Virus record (IMG/VR): IMGVR_UViG_3300025687_000053
Coordinates: 1-56,828 of that record
Source of the DNA: a virus
Lineage: Duplodnaviria > Caudoviricetes
Direction: 5' to 3' (one strand)
Length of the DNA stretch: 56,828 nt
Positions 27,362 through 36,966 of the stretch are shown piece after piece (position 1 is the stretch's first letter; each line of letters begins with the position of its first letter). The notes under the pieces are model-generated. The model worked only from the letters and a program-made list of their open reading frames with translations, was not told the origin of the DNA and did not search any database. A program made the position numbers and the translations under genes.

Positions 27362-28434
27362 ATGTTTAAGAATTTGTGAGTGTTTTCCCTTGCTATCTTA
27401 TCAAATATCTGTACACCAATTTTCCTACGCAAACCAATTGACCATTCTGCTTCCGTTGTTTCTGATAGGTTCATATACCAATCCGAGCCAAATAAAATGC
27501 GGTCATGCAAGAACTCAAATTTAGGCTCAGTCATTAAGGTAAACAAAACATCAGCCGCAAAATCTTTGTTAGCTGTAAAGCTGATGTCCATGTACACATT
27601 CTTATGGACAGCCATTATATTGATGATTTTATTTAACAGGTTGTTTTCATTACTCGGTTGCTTCAACCATTGTTCCCATTCCTTACTGCCACCAGCATGC
27701 GCCAAGCATATTTTAAGCCCCGGAAACTTAGCAGCTACCTTCGCCCAGTTGTCTGGATTCGTAAATTTATCACAATTGCCTTTCCTACCCAATTTCTTCT
27801 CATACTCATCAAACGGCAATAACAACCAATCCAATTCTGATTTACTGCCTTTGTAGTGTACGGGGTTTCCATAGGTGCAATGTGAGATGATTGGTATGTT
27901 TCTTTCTTGACACTTCTCGTAAATGTATTCGTAACGTGCGTCCTGCGGCCATGTTCCTAGCGGTGGGTACATTTTAACACCCGTCCAACCACGTTTCAAA
28001 ACAAAGTCATCAAAGAAGTTATCGCAATTCTCATCCCTGCAATCCGCCATATAAAACGGTAGTACCTTTTCGGGAAAAATTTTCCGTAAGCTATCTAATG
28101 CCAAAAGACTTTGTAAGTAGGTACGACGACATCTACCCGCACCCATATGATGCATATTCATCATTAAGGCTACGAACTTGGTCGTGCTAGGGTAGTAAGC
28201 ACGAACATCGTTAAACAATTCCATCTCGCTACCAATACGACTTGCTTTAACGAACGTCAACAGTTTATCCAACGCATCTTTGTTAGAAAATGGGTTGAGG
28301 TTATGCAGCACCCCACTAAGTAGCTTGAAACCAATCTTTGTATTTGCTATCTTTGCTAGTACTTTGTTAGGAAACCCAACTGGAATATCTAAGTGTGATA
28401 GCAGGTGCGTGTGTGCGTTTATGATTGGCTTCAT
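27358..28434 (-). CDS. Amidohydrolase-superfamily (Amidohydro_2-like) metalloenzyme
   Basis: NAHTH, GVKMYPPLG, HC, LAHAGG, YMDIS, ILFGSDW. Confidence 0.85.
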   Translation of the reverse strand: MKPIINAHTHLLSHLDIPVGFPNKVLAKIANTKIGFKLLSGVLHNLNPFSNKDALDKLLTFVKASRIGSEMELFNDVRAYYPSTTKFVALMMNMHHMGAGRCRRTYLQSLLALDSLRKIFPEKVLPFYMADCRDENCDNFFDDFVLKRGWTGVKMYPPLGTWPQDARYEYIYEKCQERNIPIISHCTYGNPVHYKGSKSELDWLLLPFDEYEKKLGRKGNCDKFTNPDNWAKVAAKFPGLKICLAHAGGSKEWEQWLKQPSNENNLLNKIINIMAVHKNVYMDISFTANKDFAADVLFTLMTEPKFEFLHDRILFGSDWYMNLSETTEAEWSIGLRRKIGVQIFDKIARENTHKFLNI

Positions 28435-28824
28435 CTATTGATCTTTAATTATTATCTTATCAATCTTTTTCTCTATACGTTCTGCAAACGCCCTAAACTC
28501 TTTATGTATAGCCTGAGCATATAAGTCAGATGCTTTCTTTTCTAGTTTGGTTTCCAGTGCTTTGATATTGTCCGTATGTTCTTTGTCTTTCTCATCAGAA
28601 CGTTGCTGCACCAAATGAATGTCTTTTTCACATTGAGTTTTACAATCAAGGAGTTCTTTTTCATGGGTTTCTTTGACTTCTTTTAGCTCTTTGTCTAAAC
28701 GCTTACCCAAGGCTTCAATTTCTTCTTTCCTTTTGGTGTTGTTGTTGCGGGTGTTCCAGTAAAAGCCCGCTACCGTAATAAGTGCAACAACACTTGGTAA
28801 ACTCAATTGCATTAATTCATCCAT
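28435..28824 (-). CDS. Membrane-anchored coiled-coil protein (lysis-associated?)
   Basis: N-terminal transmembrane helix followed by a coiled coil. Confidence 0.6.
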   Translation of the reverse strand: MDELMQLSLPSVVALITVAGFYWNTRNNNTKRKEEIEALGKRLDKELKEVKETHEKELLDCKTQCEKDIHLVQQRSDEKDKEHTDNIKALETKLEKKASDLYAQAIHKEFRAFAERIEKKIDKIIIKDQ

Positions 28825-30068
28825 TATACTAATCCTTTAAATTTATCAACAATATATTCACGCATTGTTTTGGTTGCCCAACTTGCGTCTAGTCCTAAAT
28901 ACCCTTGAGCTGTTGCACCTACTACTGTATCAAACCAAGTAAATGTTGAATCATTTGTAATATCATCGTAAATGCTTCCTTTACCCGATTTCAAATAAGT
29001 ATTAACAGCAGCATTATGTGATTCAAATACATCAGTCAATTTAACTTCTGCATCATCCACATCAGGGGAAGTCCCGTTCATTAACATAATAGCTGCACAA
29101 TTTGATTGCAATTGGTGGAGGATGTTATCTCTGCGCCTCTGTCCCTCATCATTCTGCTTTTTGCGTGTATCGTATTTCTTTGTGGTGACTTTCTTATTCT
29201 TATGGTCATTCCCTTTTGTGTCTTTCCATGTGCGGGTTTTTTCTCGCTCTGTGATTGTTCTTGCCGCTGGTATAGGTTCACTTTCATCAGCTGTCCAATT
29301 GTGCTCAACCTTTAACACTAAAGTCCCCTTGTCGTTTTCATCCACATAGTTATGATAATATTCTACCAAACCAATTAAACCATCAACGCCAATCTGTTCT
29401 ACTTTATGCAACCTACACCCACTTTTCAAATCAGTAATATAATTAATCACCGTGTGATCCATTGAGCTGTATTGCGCCAGTTCTACAATAACCGCTTCAG
29501 CGGTACAACAAACATCTCCATCTGCTACCTCTGCTGCATAAGTACCTAGTCTTTCTATTTGTGTAGCTCTGCTAATTCTATCAATATGCGTTTTAGCATG
29601 TTCCAATTGTTTAGCTTCATCAGGGTAAATGGTATCACGTTCTGCCTTGGTTATTACGAATAACTCTGATGCCGTTTTTTGAGAAGCTTCACTCAAGTTC
29701 TCTAAGCCCTCAGCAGCAACATAAGTTTCTGCCCAGTCTCTTAATGCTAAATAGGTTAATTCACCAGCGTTACATAAATGGTACATCAAGTGTACATCCG
29801 TAACATCAGTATCACCCTCGGCTTGGAAATCGTGTTCATCATCAACCACCTTCACAATATCTTGTGTATTAAACCGTAACACCCATCTGCCACCTTCCAA
29901 ATCTCCTTTATCATCAGGTTTAATGCCCCCATGCTGTTCAAATGGCATATAGTAATAAATATCACCTAAACAAAACCTTCTCGATTGTGCTGTAAGGTTT
30001 GTAGAGTCTAAAGATTTCAAGGCTGTTATATCAGCCGAATATACGTTTGTTTTAACTGCTATTTTCAT
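28824..30068 (-). CDS. Hypothetical late protein (possible tail-associated)
   Basis: 414-aa ORF. The N-terminus ITALKSL...GGIKPDD...GRWVL resembles tailspike anchor segments. No signal peptide. Confidence 0.6.
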   Translation of the reverse strand: MKIAVKTNVYSADITALKSLDSTNLTAQSRRFCLGDIYYYMPFEQHGGIKPDDKGDLEGGRWVLRFNTQDIVKVVDDEHDFQAEGDTDVTDVHLMYHLCNAGELTYLALRDWAETYVAAEGLENLSEASQKTASELFVITKAERDTIYPDEAKQLEHAKTHIDRISRATQIERLGTYAAEVADGDVCCTAEAVIVELAQYSSMDHTVINYITDLKSGCRLHKVEQIGVDGLIGLVEYYHNYVDENDKGTLVLKVEHNWTADESEPIPAARTITEREKTRTWKDTKGNDHKNKKVTTKKYDTRKKQNDEGQRRRDNILHQLQSNCAAIMLMNGTSPDVDDAEVKLTDVFESHNAAVNTYLKSGKGSIYDDITNDSTFTWFDTVVGATAQGYLGLDASWATKTMREYIVDKFKGLV

Positions 30069-31012
30069 CTTGTATAGTGTTGGAGTGAAATCCTACTCAT
30101 GGAGGTCACTGTTGTTGTTATTCCTTTATTTGCATTGAATGTGATGTTGTACCCGTACCCAGTGCCCAATGGAGGAGGTAAACTAGCTCCATCGGCAAAC
30201 GTTATCAGCAAGGCTTGTTGATTTGTTCCGCTTGTAGTTCCTTCCGGCAGTACGACTGTATTGGTGGTTACGAAACCACTTAACGGGTTCTTAAGAGAAA
30301 CGTCTACCCCTACTACATCATTATTATTCTTGCCTGTATAATCAAATATCACACGCCATATATGGGCCTGTCCAGCTATTAAGTTTTCCCATACTGTTTT
30401 ATGTACACTATCCCAAATTAGTGTGTCATTAGGAAATAATATATTTTGAGGCCATTCATTTGTGGGACTTGAGGATAAGTCAAGGGCTGCCGTCCCATAA
30501 TCAACTATAGAATCCACTCCGGGCGTTAATGTAAAAGAAGGATCAACGCCACCGGAACCGTTTACTTTAACCTTGCCGTCTACCCTATTGGATAGGAATA
30601 TAGTGGTATCAAGTTTGCGTTTAAGGCTATCGCTGATTACTATTTTTATACTATCCTTTGTGTAGTAATTTTCAGCTAAATTGGTTGAGTCGTTTACAAA
30701 CCTACTGTCTAATAAAGCTAAGAATGAACTGTCACTAATAATACGATTATCAAAATATGTAATGACTTCATTCAGCCTATTGGAGTCTGCTATGATCCTG
30801 CTACTATTCAAATCAATCAATGCTTGCCAATAAGAAGCAGGTTGTCCACCAAGACTGTCAGCATTACCCACTGACCCGCCTCCACTACCGCTTACACGGG
30901 AACTATCTGCATACTCTGCCTCTGGTACGGGTGGGTCGAGGTTTATCAATGTTTGTCCAACCGCAAAATGTACGGCCAACAAAACGCCTAATATTAATAG
31001 AAACTTTTTCAT
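30065..31012 (-). CDS. Secreted fibre-like protein rich in D-S/T sequons
   Basis: Signal peptide MKKFLLILGVLLAVHFAVG/Q; fibre motif NADSLGGQPASYW; 12 D-(S/T) dipeptides. Confidence 0.75.
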   Translation of the reverse strand: MKKFLLILGVLLAVHFAVGQTLINLDPPVPEAEYADSSRVSGSGGGSVGNADSLGGQPASYWQALIDLNSSRIIADSNRLNEVITYFDNRIISDSSFLALLDSRFVNDSTNLAENYYTKDSIKIVISDSLKRKLDTTIFLSNRVDGKVKVNGSGGVDPSFTLTPGVDSIVDYGTAALDLSSSPTNEWPQNILFPNDTLIWDSVHKTVWENLIAGQAHIWRVIFDYTGKNNNDVVGVDVSLKNPLSGFVTTNTVVLPEGTTSGTNQQALLITFADGASLPPPLGTGYGYNITFNANKGITTTVTSMSRISLQHYTR

Positions 31013-31013
31013 G

Positions 31014-31421
31014 TTAGTATTGTTTAATATTCAATATTACTTTGATTGTTCCTCCCGTCATACTATTCTTGGAAAATATGATTGGAATGTACTTAAAAGG
31101 AAGCCCATCTTTTGGCAACCCGATTGAAACATTTGCTGTATCAATAGTATACGGCAATTGTGTGCTTGGTATCTCCACATACAACTCCTGCAAATCATTT
31201 GTCTCGTAAACATTGAAAGAACCATCGGGGGTTCCCACTACATCTTTATAAATAACCTGCAAACCCATCAACGCGTCGACCTTGTATTTGCTTTCAATGT
31301 AGAACGTGTCTACAGCAGACATGGTTGATATGTCTATTTCTGTTGAACCCCTTTTTATCTCTGTTTGGCTATACGCTGTCAGGGTAAGCAGCAGTAATAC
31401 GCCCATAAATAGTCTTTTCAT
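31014..31421 (-). CDS. Secreted beta-rich protein
   Basis: Signal peptide MKRLFMGVLLLLTLTAYS/Q; start placed at ATG 31421. Confidence 0.75.
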   Translation of the reverse strand: MKRLFMGVLLLLTLTAYSQTEIKRGSTEIDISTMSAVDTFYIESKYKVDALMGLQVIYKDVVGTPDGSFNVYETNDLQELYVEIPSTQLPYTIDTANVSIGLPKDGLPFKYIPIIFSKNSMTGGTIKVILNIKQY

Positions 31422-31434
31422 GGCTTCTCCTGTG

Positions 31435-31836
31435 TTATTTGTTATACGGTATAATAGTATCCCAGCCGGAGTAAGTTTGCAGGCTGTCGATGAAAGTTTC
31501 ATATACTGGGTAAATCAATGAATCTAAGTACCCTTGCTCAAAACATAACCGCAAATTATTGACAATAGTATTTGTTCCATCTTTATAGGGTAGTACATCC
31601 CCATTTCCATTCCTTGCGGCTGTTGGGTTTATCTTACTCATCATTTCTACTGTTACACAACTATCGTTTCCAAAACCAGTAATTGCTCTAAATTGGAAAA
31701 ATAGGCTATCTGTTGATACGCCTACGTTGGTTGATACTTCGTCAAGTACTACATTCCCTTTCTGAGCAAATGTAGGTTTGTTAATCACGATTATGTTTAA
31801 CGTGATTGCTAAAATTAAAACCATTGTCTTTTTCAT
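31435..31836 (-). CDS. Secreted protein rich in D-S/T sequons
   Basis: Signal peptide MKKTMVLILAITLNIIVINKPTFA/Q; DSL three times, DSC, DTI. Confidence 0.72.
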   Translation of the reverse strand: MKKTMVLILAITLNIIVINKPTFAQKGNVVLDEVSTNVGVSTDSLFFQFRAITGFGNDSCVTVEMMSKINPTAARNGNGDVLPYKDGTNTIVNNLRLCFEQGYLDSLIYPVYETFIDSLQTYSGWDTIIPYNK

Positions 31837-31882
31837 ATTGTCAAATTTTTAGTAAATATACGAATTTTAAATTTTTCTATTA

Positions 31883-33847
31883 TTACAGGGCTTTTGTTCC
31901 AGTTAATATAAACCAATTTGTTCCGTCTGAAATTATTTGATAAAAGTTTGTTCCGCCTCCGTTATCGTCGATGTATGAAGTATACCCTGCGCCTACCGTT
32001 GCGGGTGTTCCATAAATAGCGTCTAGCTCTGCATCTGTTGGCGGGTTGCTTACATCGTCTGTGTATACCTTTTGTTTAATATCCCCGCTATGTTCCATCG
32101 TACCACCGTTTTTTATAGATGTACTGTGCGAACCGTCAGAATTTTCAACATAGAACCCCGTTGTTGCGTCTGTGTTGCCGGAGCCTTTGGCGTTGAGGGT
32201 TGCTGTAAGCGTTCTTGTATTAACACCCAATTGTTTTGTTAGAAAATCACCATGAACAAGGTTGTGTTCATTATTACCGCTGCCTGTATATGCGGAAACG
32301 TACAGTTTATAGTTTTCCCCAGGAACCCCATACTGAGAACCTGCGGCCATACCCAAATAGAGGTTATAATTACCCGTTGTTTGCGTAAATGCTGTAAATC
32401 TACCAAGTGCTGTATTACCAATTCCTGATGTAATATAGCGACCTGCAATTGTTCCCACTAATACGTTACTACTACCTGTCTGAAGTCTTTCCCCTGTAAA
32501 TTGCCCTATACCTATGTTATCCGTACCCGTAGACCCTGTTGCCGTTCCGTACAATGCGCGATAGCCTATGCCTATTCCGTAATCACCCCTATTATTAACT
32601 GCTGCCTCATAGCCTAATGCAACAATATTATTACCAGTTAGCACATTACTTCCTGCATTTGCACCAATAAGTGTATTTGATCCGCCTGTGGTGACGCCAG
32701 ACCCACCAAAAGACCCAACAAAAGTATTTCCACCTCCCGTCGAATTAATGCCACCATTATACCCTATATAAGTATTATCCAATTGAGTTGTTTGATTATT
32801 TCCGGCATACCTTCCAATCAAAACAGATCGAACATCAGATGTAAGATTTTGCCCTGCCGCTATTCCAAATGTCAACGTCCCTTGCCCCTTATTAGTACTT
32901 ATGTAGTTGCTCAACATTCCGCCATCCGAAAACAATTGAAATTTATTTGCTGTTCCGGCACCATTTTTCAATGCAAAGCCTGTTGTTGAATCGGTGTTTA
33001 CGGTTAAGGTAGATTTCATGTTTACATTTACGCCATCATAAGTGAAGTTATCACTACCCTCTATCTGTCCCGTGCCGTCTAATACAGCCACCTGATTAAC
33101 GCTACCTGTTTGGCTTATGAAGTTGTCGTTCATGTACTCTCTATTCGCCTGTAAACTATCCTCCGTTTCTGTCCTTACACTATCAACCGACTGGCTTACG
33201 TATGTTTCTGAAACGCCGCCACTAAAATTAGCCAACAAGCTGTCAACATACCAACGCGAAGCATCCCAAGTGCCTGTATCTTGTATATCTTGCTTCAAAC
33301 CCAAAAGTGCTTGCATAAATAATTTTGTGTAATACTCATTGCTGTCACTCAACCATACAGGGTCTGTTTCCGTATAGCTGGTCAAGAACCCCTGCAAGTT
33401 TACCCATGCTTGGGTGGCCATTATACTATTCGTGTCTTGCCAACTCATGAACCTCGCCGTGTCTAATTTAACAATCATCCAATACGTTCCCAACCAATCC
33501 GTTGTATCACTACTGTAAACATCTCCACCGCTTGTCGCAGTTGTGTCAATGTAAATAGTATCATTCAATAATTTCCACCCGCTTTCCATCGTACACCCAT
33601 CGCAGTAATTGACAAACGTGCTATCGCGATTAACAATCTTCCAATCACTATTGGATAATTTCTGTGAGGAGGCTGCTTTATTGAGCATTTGGTATATTGT
33701 ACCTGTCTGCTCATCTTGTACCAATTTACCTGCCTTCAGCGTTCTGCCAAAAGCAGTTGTACTATCCTCTACTTGAAATACTGTCCCGTTCTGAGCCATT
33801 GCGCCCAGTGCAACGACCATCAATAAAAATGTAAGTAATTTTTTCAT
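31883..33847 (-). CDS. Secreted tail-fibre/adhesin-like protein with trimeric beta-roll (N..G..A/G) repeats
   Basis: Signal peptide MKKLLTFLLMVVALGAMA/Q; ETDP and YVD fibre motifs; about ten ~14-residue repeats such as NTFVGSFGG, NTLIGANAG, NIVALGYEAA. Confidence 0.8.
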   Translation of the reverse strand: MKKLLTFLLMVVALGAMAQNGTVFQVEDSTTAFGRTLKAGKLVQDEQTGTIYQMLNKAASSQKLSNSDWKIVNRDSTFVNYCDGCTMESGWKLLNDTIYIDTTATSGGDVYSSDTTDWLGTYWMIVKLDTARFMSWQDTNSIMATQAWVNLQGFLTSYTETDPVWLSDSNEYYTKLFMQALLGLKQDIQDTGTWDASRWYVDSLLANFSGGVSETYVSQSVDSVRTETEDSLQANREYMNDNFISQTGSVNQVAVLDGTGQIEGSDNFTYDGVNVNMKSTLTVNTDSTTGFALKNGAGTANKFQLFSDGGMLSNYISTNKGQGTLTFGIAAGQNLTSDVRSVLIGRYAGNNQTTQLDNTYIGYNGGINSTGGGNTFVGSFGGSGVTTGGSNTLIGANAGSNVLTGNNIVALGYEAAVNNRGDYGIGIGYRALYGTATGSTGTDNIGIGQFTGERLQTGSSNVLVGTIAGRYITSGIGNTALGRFTAFTQTTGNYNLYLGMAAGSQYGVPGENYKLYVSAYTGSGNNEHNLVHGDFLTKQLGVNTRTLTATLNAKGSGNTDATTGFYVENSDGSHSTSIKNGGTMEHSGDIKQKVYTDDVSNPPTDAELDAIYGTPATVGAGYTSYIDDNGGGTNFYQIISDGTNWFILTGTKAL

Positions 33848-33851
33848 AATC

Positions 33852-34442
33852 TTATTGTATAAATTGTAATTGTTCACCATCTTCTCTTGGCGTCACCTCT
33901 ACCGTATCATCGGTGACGCCTGTTATAATTGATTTAGGCTGTAACACCCCTTCCACTAAACACCGCACTCTTCCCAGTATTGGGAGGAAATCTGTGATAA
34001 CAAAATCCGTTTGTCCTGCCGTAGCTTCTAAATCTTCTTGCCCATGCAACCCGTTTCCCGCTATGGGTATGAGCGTTGCTAAAAATTGGTAGATGAGCAG
34101 TTTAGCCAAACTCGTATCACTTATAAACTCACCCGTTTCAATCAATCTCGTATCCCAACCAACTGGATCAGGAGCCACGCTGTTAGCCGTGTATACTGTG
34201 TACGTATCGTTGGTCACATAAATGTCCCCAACGCTTAACGGGTTTGCTGGTAGGCTGGTCGTGTTTCCAATTCCCAAATTCGCCACAATTGCTTTAGCTG
34301 GCAATACGCCTGCGGCAAGAGGGAAGAAGTTGGCATCTTCATCTAAATATCCGGGCACCCCCTGCGCATTGAACGTGTATGCCCTGCACCCCGTTGCGGG
34401 GTTTCTGTGTGTTCCTTGTTTTCCTAATTCTAATTGTGCCAT
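33852..34442 (-). CDS. Tail/fibre-associated protein
   Basis: C-terminal ATAGQTDF...VEGVLQ beta module; position in the tail cluster. Confidence 0.6.
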   Translation of the reverse strand: MAQLELGKQGTHRNPATGCRAYTFNAQGVPGYLDEDANFFPLAAGVLPAKAIVANLGIGNTTSLPANPLSVGDIYVTNDTYTVYTANSVAPDPVGWDTRLIETGEFISDTSLAKLLIYQFLATLIPIAGNGLHGQEDLEATAGQTDFVITDFLPILGRVRCLVEGVLQPKSIITGVTDDTVEVTPREDGEQLQFIQ

Positions 34443-34446
34443 AGTT

Positions 34447-34779
34447 CTAAGGTATTGTGATTGTTCCGTAGCATTCTATACTACCATTTACTTGCAATCT
34501 GTATGTATTGTACGCCCAATTAACTGGGATAGTAAGTACGTCATCTTCTTCTATCAATTCCTTCACCCCTCCTATTACTTTACCATTAAGTTTAACACCA
34601 ACTCCATTCTCAGCGGGGTCTCCGTGAAACTTTCGCATAACGCCATTGCGGGCTTGATAAAACCATGTGGCATCATCTGGGTAATAAAAAGCCTGATCGA
34701 TCCAACCTGCATCGGTTGGTTCAAGGTCTTCTATCGCCTCGTAAGTGTTGGCATATATGAATCTTAAAGCTGCTCCCAT
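34447..34779 (-). CDS. Tail-associated hypothetical protein
   Basis: ORF track and position. Confidence 0.6.
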   Translation of the reverse strand: MGAALRFIYANTYEAIEDLEPTDAGWIDQAFYYPDDATWFYQARNGVMRKFHGDPAENGVGVKLNGKVIGGVKELIEEDDVLTIPVNWAYNTYRLQVNGSIECYGTITIP

Positions 34780-36266
34780 TCTACTGTGTCTCCCTCAATG
34801 TTTTGGATTTGATTATTAGTTACTGAATTATTCGTAATATTCTGAATCTCTTGTTGCACTGAGAAAATACTCAGTCTAAACAGGTTTGCTAGATTAATTG
34901 GTAGTACATCACCGAACTTAATTGTGTACTGGTACGGGTCTGTAATTTTCTGTACAATTTCATTAATCTCAAAAAACTGATCAAGATTAAACTTAGTTGA
35001 TACCACTCGTATCACATCACCCACGTATAGATGAAGTCCACGTGAACGCAAGTAATCTTTATCTACTTTGGCTTCATACTGTTCTTGTGGGGTACTTACA
35101 TCATCAAGGTGCTCTTCTGTCCTTGTTTGAAGTCTTGTCATGGCTGTCGCAATATACGATTCGGGAAACGCAATATCAAATATCTTGTACGTGTCTCCCG
35201 TCTCCATAATAATCGACGTATTTGGATATTGACCCGATGGGTCTGTAACAGGTGTGAGTGTGATTTGGAAACTGTCATGGTCGTACGCTATTGAAAAGGT
35301 TTGTCCCACCAATCTACCATCCAAGAAAGTCACCTTAGCAGTTATCCCCTCTAACAAGTAATTATTAATATCAAAGTCTATGGTCTGGTCGGTGAAGGTA
35401 TGCGTATCAATCACATCAGTGACCGTACCAGTGAACTCAGGGAAGATATCATCAAACTCTACCACCGTTTCACGAACCCCATATAAATCGATATTTTTAG
35501 TTAATTTACTTTCCCCGCCGACCCCGACAAATGCCAAACGGTTTTCGGTTAACGTAGGACCGTCATAGGTGGCGCCTCCTGTATTTGTTCTGGGTGGGAG
35601 GTTCTTTGTACTACCATAACCATAAACAACCGTAAAAAGAGACGTATTATTGAGTCTCATCCTTGTTAAACTTTCGAACCCGTTCTTCATACCAACTTGG
35701 AAGACGTGGGTTGTTTGGTTTTCTCTCGCCTTAAAGTTTAAAACCCCGCCCTCTAGATACCAATTGAAACCAATCTTTTGCGCAAGTACTTGAATGGTCT
35801 CGTAGACGTTCCAATTATTGAAGTCAATAGTATACGAAGCAGTCTCCTCATAATCACCTACCGTATAATTGCCCCCAGCATTATTCAACACATTGACAAT
35901 GAACTGAAGAAATGTTTGTGCTGTGCCAGTAAGTGGGAAACGGTAATCCAAATATGAACCGCCCCCCACTTTAGGAGTCTCTAGGAATACCTTTACTTTT
36001 TGAAACTCATGTATCCCAGTTTCGAAATAACATTCATAACTATATTCTCTAGGCTTGGATAAGACTCTTGGTTGTTCGTTTAAATAGTATTGAAGCCCAT
36101 TCTTTTCGTAAATGATAAAGTCACCAATCTTTAACTCTATGAAAGTATCACTACGAAAACTCAAACGTATTCTATCCTGCAACTCTTTTTTACAAGTGTA
36201 TTCGGAGTTGTTGTCGGGTCTTACCTGAGTAACGAGTATATTATTTCTAAAGATTGAAATCAACAT
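34764..36266 (-). CDS. Tail tip / baseplate hub (Tal-like) protein
   Basis: IGDFI.Y, TVVYGYGSTKNLP, YGVRE...FDDIFP, VGDVIRV; follows Dit. Confidence 0.75.
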   Translation of the reverse strand: MLISIFRNNILVTQVRPDNNSEYTCKKELQDRIRLSFRSDTFIELKIGDFIIYEKNGLQYYLNEQPRVLSKPREYSYECYFETGIHEFQKVKVFLETPKVGGGSYLDYRFPLTGTAQTFLQFIVNVLNNAGGNYTVGDYEETASYTIDFNNWNVYETIQVLAQKIGFNWYLEGGVLNFKARENQTTHVFQVGMKNGFESLTRMRLNNTSLFTVVYGYGSTKNLPPRTNTGGATYDGPTLTENRLAFVGVGGESKLTKNIDLYGVRETVVEFDDIFPEFTGTVTDVIDTHTFTDQTIDFDINNYLLEGITAKVTFLDGRLVGQTFSIAYDHDSFQITLTPVTDPSGQYPNTSIIMETGDTYKIFDIAFPESYIATAMTRLQTRTEEHLDDVSTPQEQYEAKVDKDYLRSRGLHLYVGDVIRVVSTKFNLDQFFEINEIVQKITDPYQYTIKFGDVLPINLANLFRLSIFSVQQEIQNITNNSVTNNQIQNIEGDTVEWEQL

Positions 36267-36961
36267 TATGCTGTCTCCCCTACAAACCAACATGAACTCA
36301 CTACAATGTTCCCAGTTCCGCTCAATGTTGTGTATGAAAATAAATCAATTCGTAAATCGTTTGCCGTTGCCATCCTACAATTACCATTCAACGGCACAGT
36401 CGGGGCCTGTACATCAAACGCCCCTGCTACTGCTGCCTTGGTTGCTGGCTTAGCCCATGCAGGAACGTTTGCAAATGTAATGGCGGCTACCTGTGCCTGT
36501 CCCCATATACTGAAGTCAAACTTAAAACGCCCCGTCATGAAACATACTTGGCCTTGGCGTATGAAACGTATATCACACTCGAGTACGCCCTGTGAGGGTG
36601 TTCCTGTTACATGGTAAACCTCTTGTCCTTTTTCAAGTGCTTTGCGCAAGTTATTAGCCACCACAGCATTGTCATTATCTAACGACCCTAAATTAGCCTC
36701 AGTGGCCACTCGTATGACCCCAGTTACATCCTCACTGGCTACCGTAGCTTTCAATGCCTTTGGTGTAACAACGTTTGTTCGATTGGCTAGTGTATCACCG
36801 CTGTCGTCCATAGCCCCGTCTAATAATAGTTCGGATAGTTTGACGTGTTTAGCTTCCCCAGCAGACAAGCTGCTGTCATCTACCGGAATAACAGCACTAG
36901 CAATCAAAGCTGCTAATTCTGTTATCGTCATTTTGGTTAAATCGTATGTTCTCTTTCCCAT
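36266..36961 (-). CDS. Tail fibre / receptor-binding-like protein
   Basis: ITEL N-terminus, VVTPKAL, GVIRVAT; C-terminal RQGQV..., PAWAKP beta-sandwich. Confidence 0.6.
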   Translation of the reverse strand: MGKRTYDLTKMTITELAALIASAVIPVDDSSLSAGEAKHVKLSELLLDGAMDDSGDTLANRTNVVTPKALKATVASEDVTGVIRVATEANLGSLDNDNAVVANNLRKALEKGQEVYHVTGTPSQGVLECDIRFIRQGQVCFMTGRFKFDFSIWGQAQVAAITFANVPAWAKPATKAAVAGAFDVQAPTVPLNGNCRMATANDLRIDLFSYTTLSGTGNIVVSSCWFVGETA

Positions 36962-36966
36962 GTTGA

